Below are positions 19,939 to 29,564 of a stretch of 64,000 nt of DNA, in pieces. The stretch's first letter is position 1; each line of letters starts with the position of its first letter. The notes beneath the pieces were generated by a model. The model worked only from the letters and a program-made list of their open reading frames with translations. It searched no databases and was not told the origin of the DNA. The DNA is from Candidatus Heimdallarchaeum aukensis. Its GTDB lineage: Archaea; Asgardarchaeota; Heimdallarchaeia; Heimdallarchaeales; Heimdallarchaeaceae. Made by a program: the position numbers and the translations under genes. Location: NCBI GenBank assembly GCA_021513695.1, contig CP084166.1, positions 1,728,001-1,792,000 of the forward strand, given 5' to 3'.

Positions 19939-20300
19939 TAAATAGAGCAAGCATAGAACTTTCTCGAGAGCAAGATTGGTGTACAATCATTTTTACAAAA
20001 ATCAAGTGGATAGTAATACAGATGTTTATAAAGAGAATGCAGTATCTTGCGTTAAGGTGGGGTTATTAGATGAGTGTCTTTACAAGAAGCACTTATCTTT
20101 TAGGCAGAGGAAGTTACCTTTTTGTCTACTGGAGAAACGATAATTATTCTCTCTTAAGGTAATATTTAAAAAAATACTCTATTCGTTTCTTTTAGAGGAT
20201 AAAAAGACAGTATAACAAATCAATAATTCGTCGGTTTATCCATTGAAACGCGAAGCTCGATTAATAATATCATTAATGTCGAGCGCCACGAAGAAAGATC

Positions 20301-20783
20301 GTGGGATCAAAAAAAAAGGTGATTAAGATTTCGCATGAATCTGGATTTAGGTATTTAGTACGTGTAATGAGCACTGATATAAAAGGTGATTTACCAATCC
20401 ATATAGGATTGACAAGAATAAAAGGAGTTAACAGGCGTTTAGCGACTCTTATTGCTAATAAACTTGAGATCTCTTTAGATACTAGAATTGGGACGCTTAC
20501 TGAAAAATCAATCAAAGATATTGAAGCTATTTTAGCGAACCCATTAGAATATAATATTCCTCCTTATCTGTTAAATCGTCGAAAAGATCGTTTTTCTGGT
20601 GAGGATAGGCATATTACTGAAGCACAGTTGGTCTTAACAACTAAACAAGATATCGAGAGGTATATTAGAACTCGTTCTCGTCGTGGAATTAGACACCAAT
20701 ATGGTTTGAAGGTTAGAGGTCAACGAACTAGAACACATGGTAAGAAAGGTACCACTGTGGGTGTTTCAAAGAAGAAAAAATAA
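20301..20783 (+). CDS. rps13: Ribosomal protein S13 (uS13)
   Basis: FRYLVRVMSTDIKGDLPI...LTRIKGVNRRLA...RGIRHQYGLKVRGQRTRT; start codon uncertain (GTG at 20301 or 20319). Confidence 0.85.
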   Translation: MGSKKKVIKISHESGFRYLVRVMSTDIKGDLPIHIGLTRIKGVNRRLATLIANKLEISLDTRIGTLTEKSIKDIEAILANPLEYNIPPYLLNRRKDRFSGEDRHITEAQLVLTTKQDIERYIRTRSRRGIRHQYGLKVRGQRTRTHGKKGTTVGVSKKKK

Positions 20784-20797
20784 GGAAGGTGTAGATA

Positions 20798-21439
20798 ATG
20801 GGTGGAATTCGTAGACACAGAAAGAAGATTGTAACTCCTGGTCATCCTTATGACAGTGAGAGATTGATTAATGAGCTTGTATTTGTTGGAGAGTATGGTC
20901 TCAGGAATAAGAGAGAATTGTGGAAAGCCAGAACTATTCTTTCTACAGCTAGAGCTCAAGCTAGAAGGCTCTTAGCCCAACCAGCTGATATTCGAGAACA
21001 AAGAGAAAAAGAATTGCTTTCAAGATTAACTCGTTTAGGTTTACTCCCTCCAGGAGCAGATTTAGATACTGTTCTAGCTCTTGATGTTAGATCAGTACTT
21101 AATCGTCGGTTACAAACTATTGTATTTAACAAAGGTTTAGCTCGTTCACCTTATCAAGCGAGACAATTTGTTGTACATCGCCATATTGCTTTAAACGGTA
21201 GAGTAGTTACTTCTCCAGGAAGATTAATTACTGTTGAAGAAGAAGATTTAATATCTTATGCACCCCGTTCACCTCTCAACAAAGATGATCATCCAGCAAG
21301 ACCTCAAGCAACTCCAGCTTTTGAAGAAAAAGGTAAAACTAAACCTGGTAGGTCTAAAGACAATATAAAAAATAATGATGAAAGTGCAGGACCAGAAAAC
21401 GCTGAGGAAGTAGAAACTCTAGAAAAAATTGAAGGATAA
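20798..21439 (+). CDS. rps4: Ribosomal protein S4 (uS4) with ~40-aa C-terminal extension
   Basis: MGGIRRHRKKIVTPGHPYDSERL...; S4 domain FVVHRHIALNGRVV. Confidence 0.85.
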   Translation: MGGIRRHRKKIVTPGHPYDSERLINELVFVGEYGLRNKRELWKARTILSTARAQARRLLAQPADIREQREKELLSRLTRLGLLPPGADLDTVLALDVRSVLNRRLQTIVFNKGLARSPYQARQFVVHRHIALNGRVVTSPGRLITVEEEDLISYAPRSPLNKDDHPARPQATPAFEEKGKTKPGRSKDNIKNNDESAGPENAEEVETLEKIEG

Positions 21440-21458
21440 AGGAGACGAGGTGTAAGAA

Positions 21459-21854
21459 ATGAGTAAGAAAAATATCAGATTTGGCATAGCTCATATTTAC
21501 AGCAGCTATAATGACACAATTGTTCATATAACTGATCTATCAGGAGCAGAAACATTTAGTAGAAAAAGCGGAGGAATGTTTGTAAAAGCAGATAGAAACG
21601 AGTCAAGCCCATATGCTGCAATGAAAGCTGCTAGTGAAGCGGCAAATGAAGCAATGGATAAGGGAATAACTGGTTTATATGTTCGCTATAGAGCACCTGG
21701 TGGTCATAAAAATAGAACTCCAGGACCAGGAGTTCAAGCTGCATTAAGAGCTTTAAAAAGAGCAGGAATGAGAATAGTTAGATTAGAAGATGTTACTCCT
21801 CTTCCAACTGATGGTACCAGAAGAAAAGGTGGCCGTCGAGGAAGAAGAATGTAA
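21459..21854 (+). CDS. rps11: Ribosomal protein S11 (uS11)
   Basis: [23 protein letters not shown]...[11 protein letters not shown]...[28 protein letters not shown]. Confidence 0.9.
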   Translation: MSKKNIRFGIAHIYSSYNDTIVHITDLSGAETFSRKSGGMFVKADRNESSPYAAMKAASEAANEAMDKGITGLYVRYRAPGGHKNRTPGPGVQAALRALKRAGMRIVRLEDVTPLPTDGTRRKGGRRGRRM

Positions 21855-21962
21855 GACTTTTTTTCTTTCTTTATTTTTCATTTATTTTGAATTTACAAAT
21901 ACTATTTTAGACAGAATTTTTTCTAAATATTTATAATTTAGTTTTTAATAACTTTCTTCATA

Positions 21963-22847
21963 ATGGGTTTTCTAAAAGTGAGTGACAATTGTATCTTATG
22001 TGGAAGATGTGTAGATATATGCCCTAGATACATTTTTCAAATCGATAAAACAAAATCTAAGAAAGTAATAATTAATGAGAATGTTCAATATTGTCACGAT
22101 TGTGGACATTGTGTTGCAATCTGTCCCCAAGATGCAATAGTTAATACTAGAATGGGAGATAATCTGGATGTAGATTTTCCTTTAGTTCCTTCAAATATTG
22201 ATTATGAAAAAGCTTTATCTTTTATTCGCTTAAGAAGATCAATAAGGAAATTTAAATCAGAACTTATCTCTGAGGAAAAGGTTAAGCAACTCTTAGAATT
22301 TAGTAGATTTGCGCCTACTGGCCACAATACTAACGCAGTTGAGTATACGATAATTATTGGAAGAGACAAAATTGATGTCTTATGGGGAGAAACAATACAA
22401 TTGATGAAGGAAGTGATACGCAAAATTAACAATCCATTTTGGGTTGGAATAGCCTTTTTAGCTGGAAAAAAGAATTTTGTAAATGAAGCTAAAAAAAACG
22501 AATATAGATTAAATAGCCATATTATTAACTTTGAGAATAAGAAGGATACTATTTTCCATGGAGCACCTATGTTGATTTTACTGCACACAGGAAAAAAAGC
22601 TGCAAGCCCTATTGAAGATTGCGCGATCGCTTCAGAAAACATCATGCTAGGAGCGAATACATTGGGGTTAGGAGCAACAATTATTGGTTATTTTGTTAGA
22701 GCTTGGAAACATTCAAAAAAGATAAAAAAACTTGTAAACCTGCCAAAAGGCCATATTCTCCATTCTTGTTTAAGCGTGGGTGTTCCAACTTACAATTTTA
22801 GAAGACTAGTTCCGCGACCAGAGCCAAATATCTCTTTTATAAAATAG
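21963..22847 (+). CDS. 2x[4Fe-4S] ferredoxin-nitroreductase fusion protein
   Basis: CILCGRCVDICP and CHDCGHCVAICP cluster motifs followed by nitroreductase-fold region (LRRSIRKF..., GANTLGLGATIIGYF). Confidence 0.7.
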   Translation: MGFLKVSDNCILCGRCVDICPRYIFQIDKTKSKKVIINENVQYCHDCGHCVAICPQDAIVNTRMGDNLDVDFPLVPSNIDYEKALSFIRLRRSIRKFKSELISEEKVKQLLEFSRFAPTGHNTNAVEYTIIIGRDKIDVLWGETIQLMKEVIRKINNPFWVGIAFLAGKKNFVNEAKKNEYRLNSHIINFENKKDTIFHGAPMLILLHTGKKAASPIEDCAIASENIMLGANTLGLGATIIGYFVRAWKHSKKIKKLVNLPKGHILHSCLSVGVPTYNFRRLVPRPEPNISFIK

Positions 22848-22864
22848 AAATTAACAAAAGATGC

Positions 22865-23524
22865 TTAATATAGTTGTTCCAAGAGCCTATCAAGATGTTT
22901 TATCATTTCTTTTCTTAATACTTCTTTAGGTGGTTTTTCTAGAGTTTTAATAGCTGTCAAATCTTGTTCTAATATAATATGAGCTGCTATAGTACGAAGT
23001 ATATCATTGTACACACTTTCTGGAAGTTGATGTTCAACACTTGCTATAGGTTCTGCTTTGATCGTTTTTTTCTTTGCTCTAACCGTAGATTTAACAACAG
23101 CTTTTTCTTTTGGAACAATCATTTTTTCTCCAGAGACTAGTGCTCTTTCTTGTTCTTCTATTGCTTGAAAGGTTGTTTTTTCTGTCTTAATGTCTACTGG
23201 CTTCATTACCTCCCGTATTGTTTCTTTACCAAAATCTTCTAATTTTCCTGCAAATATCTCTTGCAATTTTTCTTCTGATTCTTCGTGCTCGATATTTACA
23301 ATCTTATACTTAGAAGAAAAGAATCTTGCATTTAGATTAGTTGCAGCTCTCCCTGCAGCATAAGCTAATGATCTGGTTATACCTGGTTTTCTGTATATCC
23401 AGATCTTTTTTGGTTCCCGAGCTAAAATTAAATATGCCCCATTACCTTTCTCCAAACTTGAAATATCAGCACCTACCTCTGAATAACTCCCATCTTTTTT
23501 TACCGAGAAGATTCTTATTGTCAT
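22865..23524 (-). CDS. gelsolin-like domain protein with C-terminal helical extension (putative Asgard gelsolin, 1-domain + X architecture)
   Basis: N-terminal ~100 aa align to a gelsolin repeat by eye: IRIFSVK.. / GAYLIL(DAYVIL) / IWIYRKPG..SLAYAAGRAATNLN (hYWhG..s..E.gaAA) / KIVNIEHEESEEKLQEIF (vqhREvqG.ES..F..yF); likely start is M9 of the track ORF. Confidence 0.4.
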   Translation of the reverse strand: MTIRIFSVKKDGSYSEVGADISSLEKGNGAYLILAREPKKIWIYRKPGITRSLAYAAGRAATNLNARFFSSKYKIVNIEHEESEEKLQEIFAGKLEDFGKETIREVMKPVDIKTEKTTFQAIEEQERALVSGEKMIVPKEKAVVKSTVRAKKKTIKAEPIASVEHQLPESVYNDILRTIAAHIILEQDLTAIKTLEKPPKEVLRKEMIKHLDRLLEQLY

Positions 23525-23607
23525 TGGATCCCCCTTAAAATTACACACTAGTAATATAATCAGAAGGGAATACTAAAATTTTTCCTTTTTTCTTCAAACT
23601 AAATGTA

Positions 23608-24327
23608 CTATTCTGCATAAAGAGTTTTATCTTCTATATTTGCATTTGAAAACGCTCTTTTTCTTCGTAAACAGCTTTCACATTTTCCGCAATGAATTGG
23701 TCTTCTATCTTTAGTCCATCCAGTAAGTCTGTAACATGAAGACGAAAACTCATATTTTGCACTTTTTTCATTTAGAAACAACACAATATCCTTTTTATCA
23801 GAAGCAATAAAAGGAGAAATAACTTTTACTTCATTCATACAACCAAGTTTCATAGCGGCATTCATTCGTTCAACAAAATCTTTGGTGTTGTCAGGAAAGG
23901 TTTCTCCCTCTTCTATATTTGCACCAAAGATGATATCTACTGTATTTTTTTCGCTGTCTGCTGCCGATGCAGCTATAGACAAAAATAGTAAATTTCTACC
24001 TGGAACCCACACTTTTTTTGCAGAATCTATGGTTATATCCTTGTCATCTAGTTTTTCAAATTCTTTAAATTCAGGGAGTTCTTCTACAGATTGAGAGAGA
24101 TTGGAACCTGCTTTAGCAGTAAACTCCTTTAGAAATGGCAGAGAGATAATTTTTGATTCTATAGAGAAAAAATCTGCAAATGTCTTATTAGTTCTCTCTA
24201 TTACTTCATCTTCTTTACTCCCATACAAGAATGATAGTAAAGAGACTGAATCATATTTTTCTAATGCCCAATACAAGCAAGCTGTAGAATCTAATCCTCC
24301 TGAAAATAATACTATGGCTTTTTTCAT
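23608..24327 (-). CDS. queC: 7-cyano-7-deazaguanine synthase
   Basis: PP-loop LFSGGLDST; C-terminal zinc Cys cluster CGKCESCLRRKRAF. Confidence 0.85.
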   Translation of the reverse strand: MKKAIVLFSGGLDSTACLYWALEKYDSVSLLSFLYGSKEDEVIERTNKTFADFFSIESKIISLPFLKEFTAKAGSNLSQSVEELPEFKEFEKLDDKDITIDSAKKVWVPGRNLLFLSIAASAADSEKNTVDIIFGANIEEGETFPDNTKDFVERMNAAMKLGCMNEVKVISPFIASDKKDIVLFLNEKSAKYEFSSSCYRLTGWTKDRRPIHCGKCESCLRRKRAFSNANIEDKTLYAE

Positions 24328-24366
24328 TGTGAAACAAGAATGGAAGATGTTTTTTTATTTTTCTGT

Positions 24367-25710
24367 TTAATCCTTTCTCAATTTTACTATGAAAAAGCCT
24401 TCTGTATTATGTAAGCTAGGAGTTAACATTTGTGCTTTATTTTCAAGTGATTCTATTCTTATCCCTATCATCGGTTCCATTTTTTCGATACTAAAATTTG
24501 TGTTCTTGGAGAGAAACTCCTCTATTACATATACATTTTCATCTTTAAATATTGAACAAGTTGAGTAGGTAATTTCTCCTCCGTCCTTAAGTACTCTTGC
24601 TGATTCATCCAACAACTTCTTTTGAATAGCTGTATAAAATTTCAGATCTCTCTTTTCCAATCGAAATTTCGTTTCAGGCCGGGTAGAATAAGTCCCAGAA
24701 CCTGTACATGGCGGATCAAGAAGTATTTTGTTAAACTTATTATTGAATAAACTTGATATCATTCTTGAATCAGTGTTTATAATCTCAATTCCATTAACTC
24801 CTAGAAGATCCATTCTCTTTTTTAAGATAGATACTCTTCGTTCATTTAACTCACAAGCAAAAATATTGTTTCCTGAATTATTTAGTGCAGCTAAATGAGA
24901 AGTTTTTTGTCCTGGTGCAGCACATACATCTAGAATAAGATCATGAGGCTTTGGTTTTACGATTAAAGAAACCAATGCTGAAGATTTTTGTTGAATTACT
25001 ATTTTTCCATTTTTGAAAATATCTAATCTAGGAAGAGCTACTGGAGACTTTTTAATTTGTATTAAGTTTGGTATATCCTTATCAACTTCATATTCAATGT
25101 CAAAAGAGGTTAATACTTGCTCTATTTCCTTCATTTCAGATTTTAAGGTGTTTACCCTTATGTATGTCGGAAGAACAGTTTGGATAGAATTAAGAAAATC
25201 CAGTGAAAAGTTCTCTCCCCATTGAGAAAATAACTTTCTGATGATCCATGTTGGAGTGTAATATTTCAGGGATAATAGGCTGATTTCATCTTTATTTCTT
25301 TCTAACATCTGCATTGACACAGATTCAATATTCTTCACAATGCCTTCAAAATCAAAATTTTTGTTGTTATTGAAGAGAGTGTTGAACTCTTTTTTTATGT
25401 CTCCTAACATCGAACTGTACACTTGAGCATATTTAACAATAAAAGTGATTAAACGTAACAATGCCTTTTTTTCGAATGAGAGTTTCTTTAGTGAGAAATA
25501 AGAAGAACTTTCTTTTATATAAAGATCTATCACATTTAATTTCCCAATAATATTAAAAACGAAGTAGTATATCCTTGCTTCTTCATCTTTGTTCAATGTA
25601 TATTCAGATCTAACCCTATTCATTGCGTTTCGAATAGAATCTCCCTTTTCTACTTGAACCAATGCAGAAAGAATGGGTTTTATGATTATGTTCATGTCGC
25701 TCCCTCTCAT
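24367..25710 (-). CDS. NOL1/NOP2/Sun-family RNA cytosine-C5 methyltransferase (RsmB/NSUN-like)
   Basis: N-terminal NusB-like region; SAM motifs DVCAAPGQKTSHLA, DPPCTGSGT, catalytic Cys TCSI; TEGFFIVKL C-terminus. Confidence 0.8.
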   Translation of the reverse strand: MRGSDMNIIIKPILSALVQVEKGDSIRNAMNRVRSEYTLNKDEEARIYYFVFNIIGKLNVIDLYIKESSSYFSLKKLSFEKKALLRLITFIVKYAQVYSSMLGDIKKEFNTLFNNNKNFDFEGIVKNIESVSMQMLERNKDEISLLSLKYYTPTWIIRKLFSQWGENFSLDFLNSIQTVLPTYIRVNTLKSEMKEIEQVLTSFDIEYEVDKDIPNLIQIKKSPVALPRLDIFKNGKIVIQQKSSALVSLIVKPKPHDLILDVCAAPGQKTSHLAALNNSGNNIFACELNERRVSILKKRMDLLGVNGIEIINTDSRMISSLFNNKFNKILLDPPCTGSGTYSTRPETKFRLEKRDLKFYTAIQKKLLDESARVLKDGGEITYSTCSIFKDENVYVIEEFLSKNTNFSIEKMEPMIGIRIESLENKAQMLTPSLHNTEGFFIVKLRKD

Positions 25711-25734
25711 TTTCAGCTTTTGTCTTAATTTACA

Positions 25735-26544
25735 TTAGTATTGGTCATAATCATGAGGAGTTTTTAATTTTATTGAATCTTGAGGGAGAAATAGCGTTGG
25801 TATCTCAACATCCAGCTGAATTGTTTGTGCAAGTTTTCTAAGTAATATATTCAAATAGTCAATGTGGTTCAAATATATTAGGTTTAAGTTTGCCTTTTTG
25901 TACAAAGGCAACTTTTGTGAATTTATATGAAAAGAGATTACAGTATCCACACCCGAATCCTTTATTACAAATATATCATCTATGGTAAATGGAGCAGAAG
26001 GATTTTCTACAATTAGTTTGGAGTTATCATCTTTCAAATCTAAAGACACCCAATTTTTTGAGAGATGAGAGAGAGATGTCATGAATTCGTCAAAAGAAAT
26101 AGGTGATACAGAGAATATTGTACTATTAGAATTATGTAAAGTGATAGGTTCTTCATCGAGATAATTCATCCCAATTGTATTTAGAAAATACTGAAAACCA
26201 GTTTTAAACAGCCAACTACGTGAAATATTGATTGTAATAATATTGTTAATTGCTAATGTCCTTATTAATTCATATTCTTTATCAATAAGCTGACCTTTCT
26301 CAGCCTTTGCAAAAGGTATAGACTCTGCTTTTAATACAAGATTCAATTTGTTTTCTAACATAAAACCGATATTGCTATTCGAAAAATAAGGAGTAACTAA
26401 TATACCAGATACATGAAGAGCTTTCAATCTTTCTTCATTAGTTGGAGCAAACTCAACAATAAAAGCTTGAGAGGACATATTATCAGTAATAAATGTTCTC
26501 TTGAGCTGTTTAAGAAATTGATAGAGTGAAGTGACCATGAACAA
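25735..26544 (-). CDS. hypothetical protein (gene Y of the 7-deazaguanine operon)
   Basis: ORF embedded between queD and the NSUN methyltransferase on the same strand with short gaps; no motif recognised. Confidence 0.3.
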   Translation of the reverse strand: MFMVTSLYQFLKQLKRTFITDNMSSQAFIVEFAPTNEERLKALHVSGILVTPYFSNSNIGFMLENKLNLVLKAESIPFAKAEKGQLIDKEYELIRTLAINNIITINISRSWLFKTGFQYFLNTIGMNYLDEEPITLHNSNSTIFSVSPISFDEFMTSLSHLSKNWVSLDLKDDNSKLIVENPSAPFTIDDIFVIKDSGVDTVISFHINSQKLPLYKKANLNLIYLNHIDYLNILLRKLAQTIQLDVEIPTLFLPQDSIKLKTPHDYDQY

Positions 26545-26590
26545 CGAATCATAAGAATGAATAAAAAAGATTTGGATAAAAATGGTTTTT

Positions 26591-27052
26591 TTATTCAGAA
26601 AAAACAGCTATACTTGTTGGAGTTTCCGATATAGAAACTGTGATTTTTAATTCTGGATAATTTTCTTTAATTAGATTATGGATATATCTTGCTAACAATT
26701 CTGCAGTAGTAGCTTCAATAGGAAGAATCAGCACATCTTCTTTTGGAAAACGATAATATTTATTTTCTGTAGTTAAAATTTTTACTTCCCGTTCATCAGT
26801 GGTTATATTAAATTCTTTACTATGTAAAGGCACTAGTACCTTATGATCAAATTGTTTTACGATGTTCTTAACTTTAGTTTTAAATTCTCCAAAATCTACC
26901 ACCATCTTTTTTTCATTTAACTGACCTTCGGCCTCAACCTTTAATCTATAGTTGTGCCCATGCAATCTAGAGCACTTATCATGGTGAGACAATATATGAG
27001 CTGCTGAAAACGAAAGTTTATCTCCTGAAATTTGTATCTTCATTTTTATCAC
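26591..27052 (-). CDS. queD: 6-carboxy-5,6,7,8-tetrahydropterin synthase
   Basis: AAHILSHHDKCSRLHGHNYRLKV (Cys-His-His zinc/catalytic motif of QueD/PTPS family); 153 aa. Confidence 0.85.
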   Translation of the reverse strand: MIKMKIQISGDKLSFSAAHILSHHDKCSRLHGHNYRLKVEAEGQLNEKKMVVDFGEFKTKVKNIVKQFDHKVLVPLHSKEFNITTDEREVKILTTENKYYRFPKEDVLILPIEATTAELLARYIHNLIKENYPELKITVSISETPTSIAVFSE

Positions 27053-27672
27053 TTGATTACTCTTGTTTTAACAATGTCATGTTTAACTTTATCTATTTCT
27101 TGAACATATTTTTTTGCTACAGAAATCGCGAATGACAATAGCTCTTCCTCTGAGAAACCTATTTCTTTTAAGCCTATTGCTTGAACATGGTTAGGCACTC
27201 CATCACTTGAGATGTTTATTCCAAAATGAATTTTTCCGCTATTTCCTCCTATTGTTGCAATACCCACATTTAGTTTTTTTCCATTAACGTAAATATCAGT
27301 TCCTTTACGTTGAATTAAGTTAACACCTTTTTCAACTAATGATTCTATAACAACAATTGTTAAAATTCTAAGTCTATAATACATAATTTCTAGATTTGGT
27401 GGCTGAACATCAAATTCTTCAACTATAAAATGAATTGCATCATCAGAACTAATTAGAACTTTAGCTAAATGAAATTCATTTAAAATATCTTTTAGATCAA
27501 GCATTTCTTTTGGGGTTAGTTTCATATCACCTCTAAATATAAGTACACTATTTCCAGGAACATTATAGTGTTCATATGTGTATAGAGACTGAATCTGTGA
27601 ACCATCGTAGCATATCTTTTCATTGAAATCCAGATATTTGATTGTATAATCTTCTAGTTTTTCTTCACTCAT
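27049..27672 (-). CDS. hypothetical protein (gene X of the 7-deazaguanine operon; possible BPL/LplA-like fold)
   Basis: Overlaps folE2 stop by 8 nt and queD start by 4 nt (translational coupling); segment KGTDIYVNGKKLNVGIATIGGNSGKIHFGINI weakly resembles biotin/lipoate-protein-ligase catalytic motif. Confidence 0.3.
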   Translation of the reverse strand: MSEEKLEDYTIKYLDFNEKICYDGSQIQSLYTYEHYNVPGNSVLIFRGDMKLTPKEMLDLKDILNEFHLAKVLISSDDAIHFIVEEFDVQPPNLEIMYYRLRILTIVVIESLVEKGVNLIQRKGTDIYVNGKKLNVGIATIGGNSGKIHFGINISSDGVPNHVQAIGLKEIGFSEEELLSFAISVAKKYVQEIDKVKHDIVKTRVIK

Positions 27673-28627
27673 CTTTTTTTTCCTCCAAGAGCTCTTTCTT
27701 CAAGTCTCCAATAGTTGTGCAAACTTCAGCTACTGCATCATGTTGGTGAATACTTTCATAATTAATCTGTTTTGCATATACTTGTACTTCATCGGGTAAA
27801 TGCCCAAACTTGAAAACTACATTCTGTAATAATGTTCTGATTACGTCTTCTACGAAACCAGGTTTTTTGTGAGCGTATAACACTACTGCTTGTTCATCTT
27901 TTCTTTTTAACACTTCATGAATTGGAGCGCTCATACTTATTTCCATTAGTGCTATAATATCATCTAACTCAATTCTCGGAGAGTCTTCAGGTAATTCAAA
28001 AAGAAGTATTGCTTTTGATCTTTGATTGTGTGCAGCAAGTGGAATTATATCCAAAATTTCATTAATTTGTTCATCTGAATAACCTTTTTTCTTTAATTGT
28101 TCTTTAGCAAAATCACGCGATAATTCCTCTGAACAGGGACAAACTGTAGTTCCTTGTACTTCAGCGCCTATAATTTTTTTAATTCTGATTTCTCCATTAA
28201 TAACTTCAGCTTTTGCTCCAGCTTTTAATTTATGAACACTTGATTTTTTCTTAAGCAAAGGTTCAGAAAAAGTTTCAGCTTCATAATCAGCTTCAAGTTT
28301 CACTTCTGAAAATTTAGCTCCATCTTGTATTTCTATAACTTTTCTTGCTATTCGGGAGCATAATACTTCTGTATCTGAAATAACTTCGCTCAGTAGTTCT
28401 GCCGTCACTTCATTTATTGCTTCAATATTTCGTGACATGTGTATTCCTCTTTGTGTAGAAACAAGGTCTACATACACATCTATTTTAGCTGATAACTCAT
28501 TATACGAGTTCTTCCATTTTCTTCTAATTATTTTAGGTATATTACTAACACCTACTCGCTGTAAACTTAACTTTATTAGTGCTTTATCAGCTTGCACATC
28601 AGAAATAATTTCACTATTTAAACTCAT
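27665..28627 (-). CDS. folE2: GTP cyclohydrolase I type 2 (FolE2/MptA family)
   Basis: Hallmark QRGIHMSR motif; ~320 aa; operon context with queD/queE/queC. Confidence 0.75.
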   Translation of the reverse strand: MSLNSEIISDVQADKALIKLSLQRVGVSNIPKIIRRKWKNSYNELSAKIDVYVDLVSTQRGIHMSRNIEAINEVTAELLSEVISDTEVLCSRIARKVIEIQDGAKFSEVKLEADYEAETFSEPLLKKKSSVHKLKAGAKAEVINGEIRIKKIIGAEVQGTTVCPCSEELSRDFAKEQLKKKGYSDEQINEILDIIPLAAHNQRSKAILLFELPEDSPRIELDDIIALMEISMSAPIHEVLKRKDEQAVVLYAHKKPGFVEDVIRTLLQNVVFKFGHLPDEVQVYAKQINYESIHQHDAVAEVCTTIGDLKKELLEEKKDE

Positions 28628-28635
28628 TTTTTCAC

Positions 28636-29460
28636 CTACAAGATATTGATTAATTTATGAACTTGAACTGAAAGTCCGATTTTTTCTGAAGAAAGATATT
28701 CACCTGCTATCTCGGTAAAAGACCTAATTTTTTTCCATGCGGGAGGTTGAATTTCAAGTCCTTTCTTTGGAGTAACAGGTTGAATTACTAAAGGGATTTG
28801 ATGCTTACCACACATACTAGAAATATAACGAAAATCTTCTTCAGTTGATTTGTTAGAGATTACAACTTTTGCAAATACTTTTACGCCATTTTTTTGAAGA
28901 ATTCTGCACATTTTGAGTTCTTGTTCAGCTAGTTTTTTCCAATCTTTAGCTGACTGTGCACTCCTATCTTTAATATCTACACAAGCGTAATCAATTTTAC
29001 TGGAAACCATCTCTAATTCACTAAGATTTTCAGTATAAGCTGTTTCCAAATATAAAAGATACCCCCGTTTCTTTAATTCATCAATAAGATTTGAGACGAA
29101 ATCAACCTGTAACAAGGGCTCTCCTCCCGTTAAACTAATAGAATGAAGATCTGGTGTTTTTAGGTTTTCTATAATTTCTACTAGTTGAGCGACTGAAATA
29201 GGGTTCTCAACTTTTTTAAATTCTTGCTCTCCAGCCTTCTTTTCAACAAAAAAGATTTTTGGTTTTAATATCTGAGCTTTGGGGCTATCACACCACACGC
29301 AACCTTTTGTTCCACAAGCCCCAAGTGCCAAAGGACAGCCTGCAAAACGGACAAATATCTGTCTTAAACCATAACAGCTACCAGAAAGTGAAGCACCTTC
29401 ACCTTGGAAAGAAGAGAATATTTCTTGTATAAAACCGTATTTAGTTAGCTCTTTTTTCAT
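28636..29460 (-). CDS. queE: 7-carboxy-7-deazaguanine synthase-like radical SAM enzyme
   Basis: Cys-rich cluster FAGCPLALGACGTKGCVWCD (variant CxnCxxC motif as in some QueE), SLTGGEPLL SAM-binding motif; operon context. Confidence 0.7.
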   Translation of the reverse strand: MKKELTKYGFIQEIFSSFQGEGASLSGSCYGLRQIFVRFAGCPLALGACGTKGCVWCDSPKAQILKPKIFFVEKKAGEQEFKKVENPISVAQLVEIIENLKTPDLHSISLTGGEPLLQVDFVSNLIDELKKRGYLLYLETAYTENLSELEMVSSKIDYACVDIKDRSAQSAKDWKKLAEQELKMCRILQKNGVKVFAKVVISNKSTEEDFRYISSMCGKHQIPLVIQPVTPKKGLEIQPPAWKKIRSFTEIAGEYLSSEKIGLSVQVHKLINIL

Positions 29461-29564
29461 TACTAGAAAACATATTTAGGGGTAAATAAAAATTCTCTTT
29501 TAACAGAAGAATAATTTTTCAAATTTACAAATAAAAAAATTAGAAAAGACGAAGGGTAAACAGT

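Noticed and set aside
19939-20300. 360-bp intergenic region between radical SAM gene and rps13, searched for tRNA or C/D-box sRNA
   Set aside because: No cloverleaf could be folded. Candidate C (AGATGAG) and D (CTGG) boxes do not match consensus RUGAUGA/CUGA with appropriate spacing. Probably just promoter/leader.
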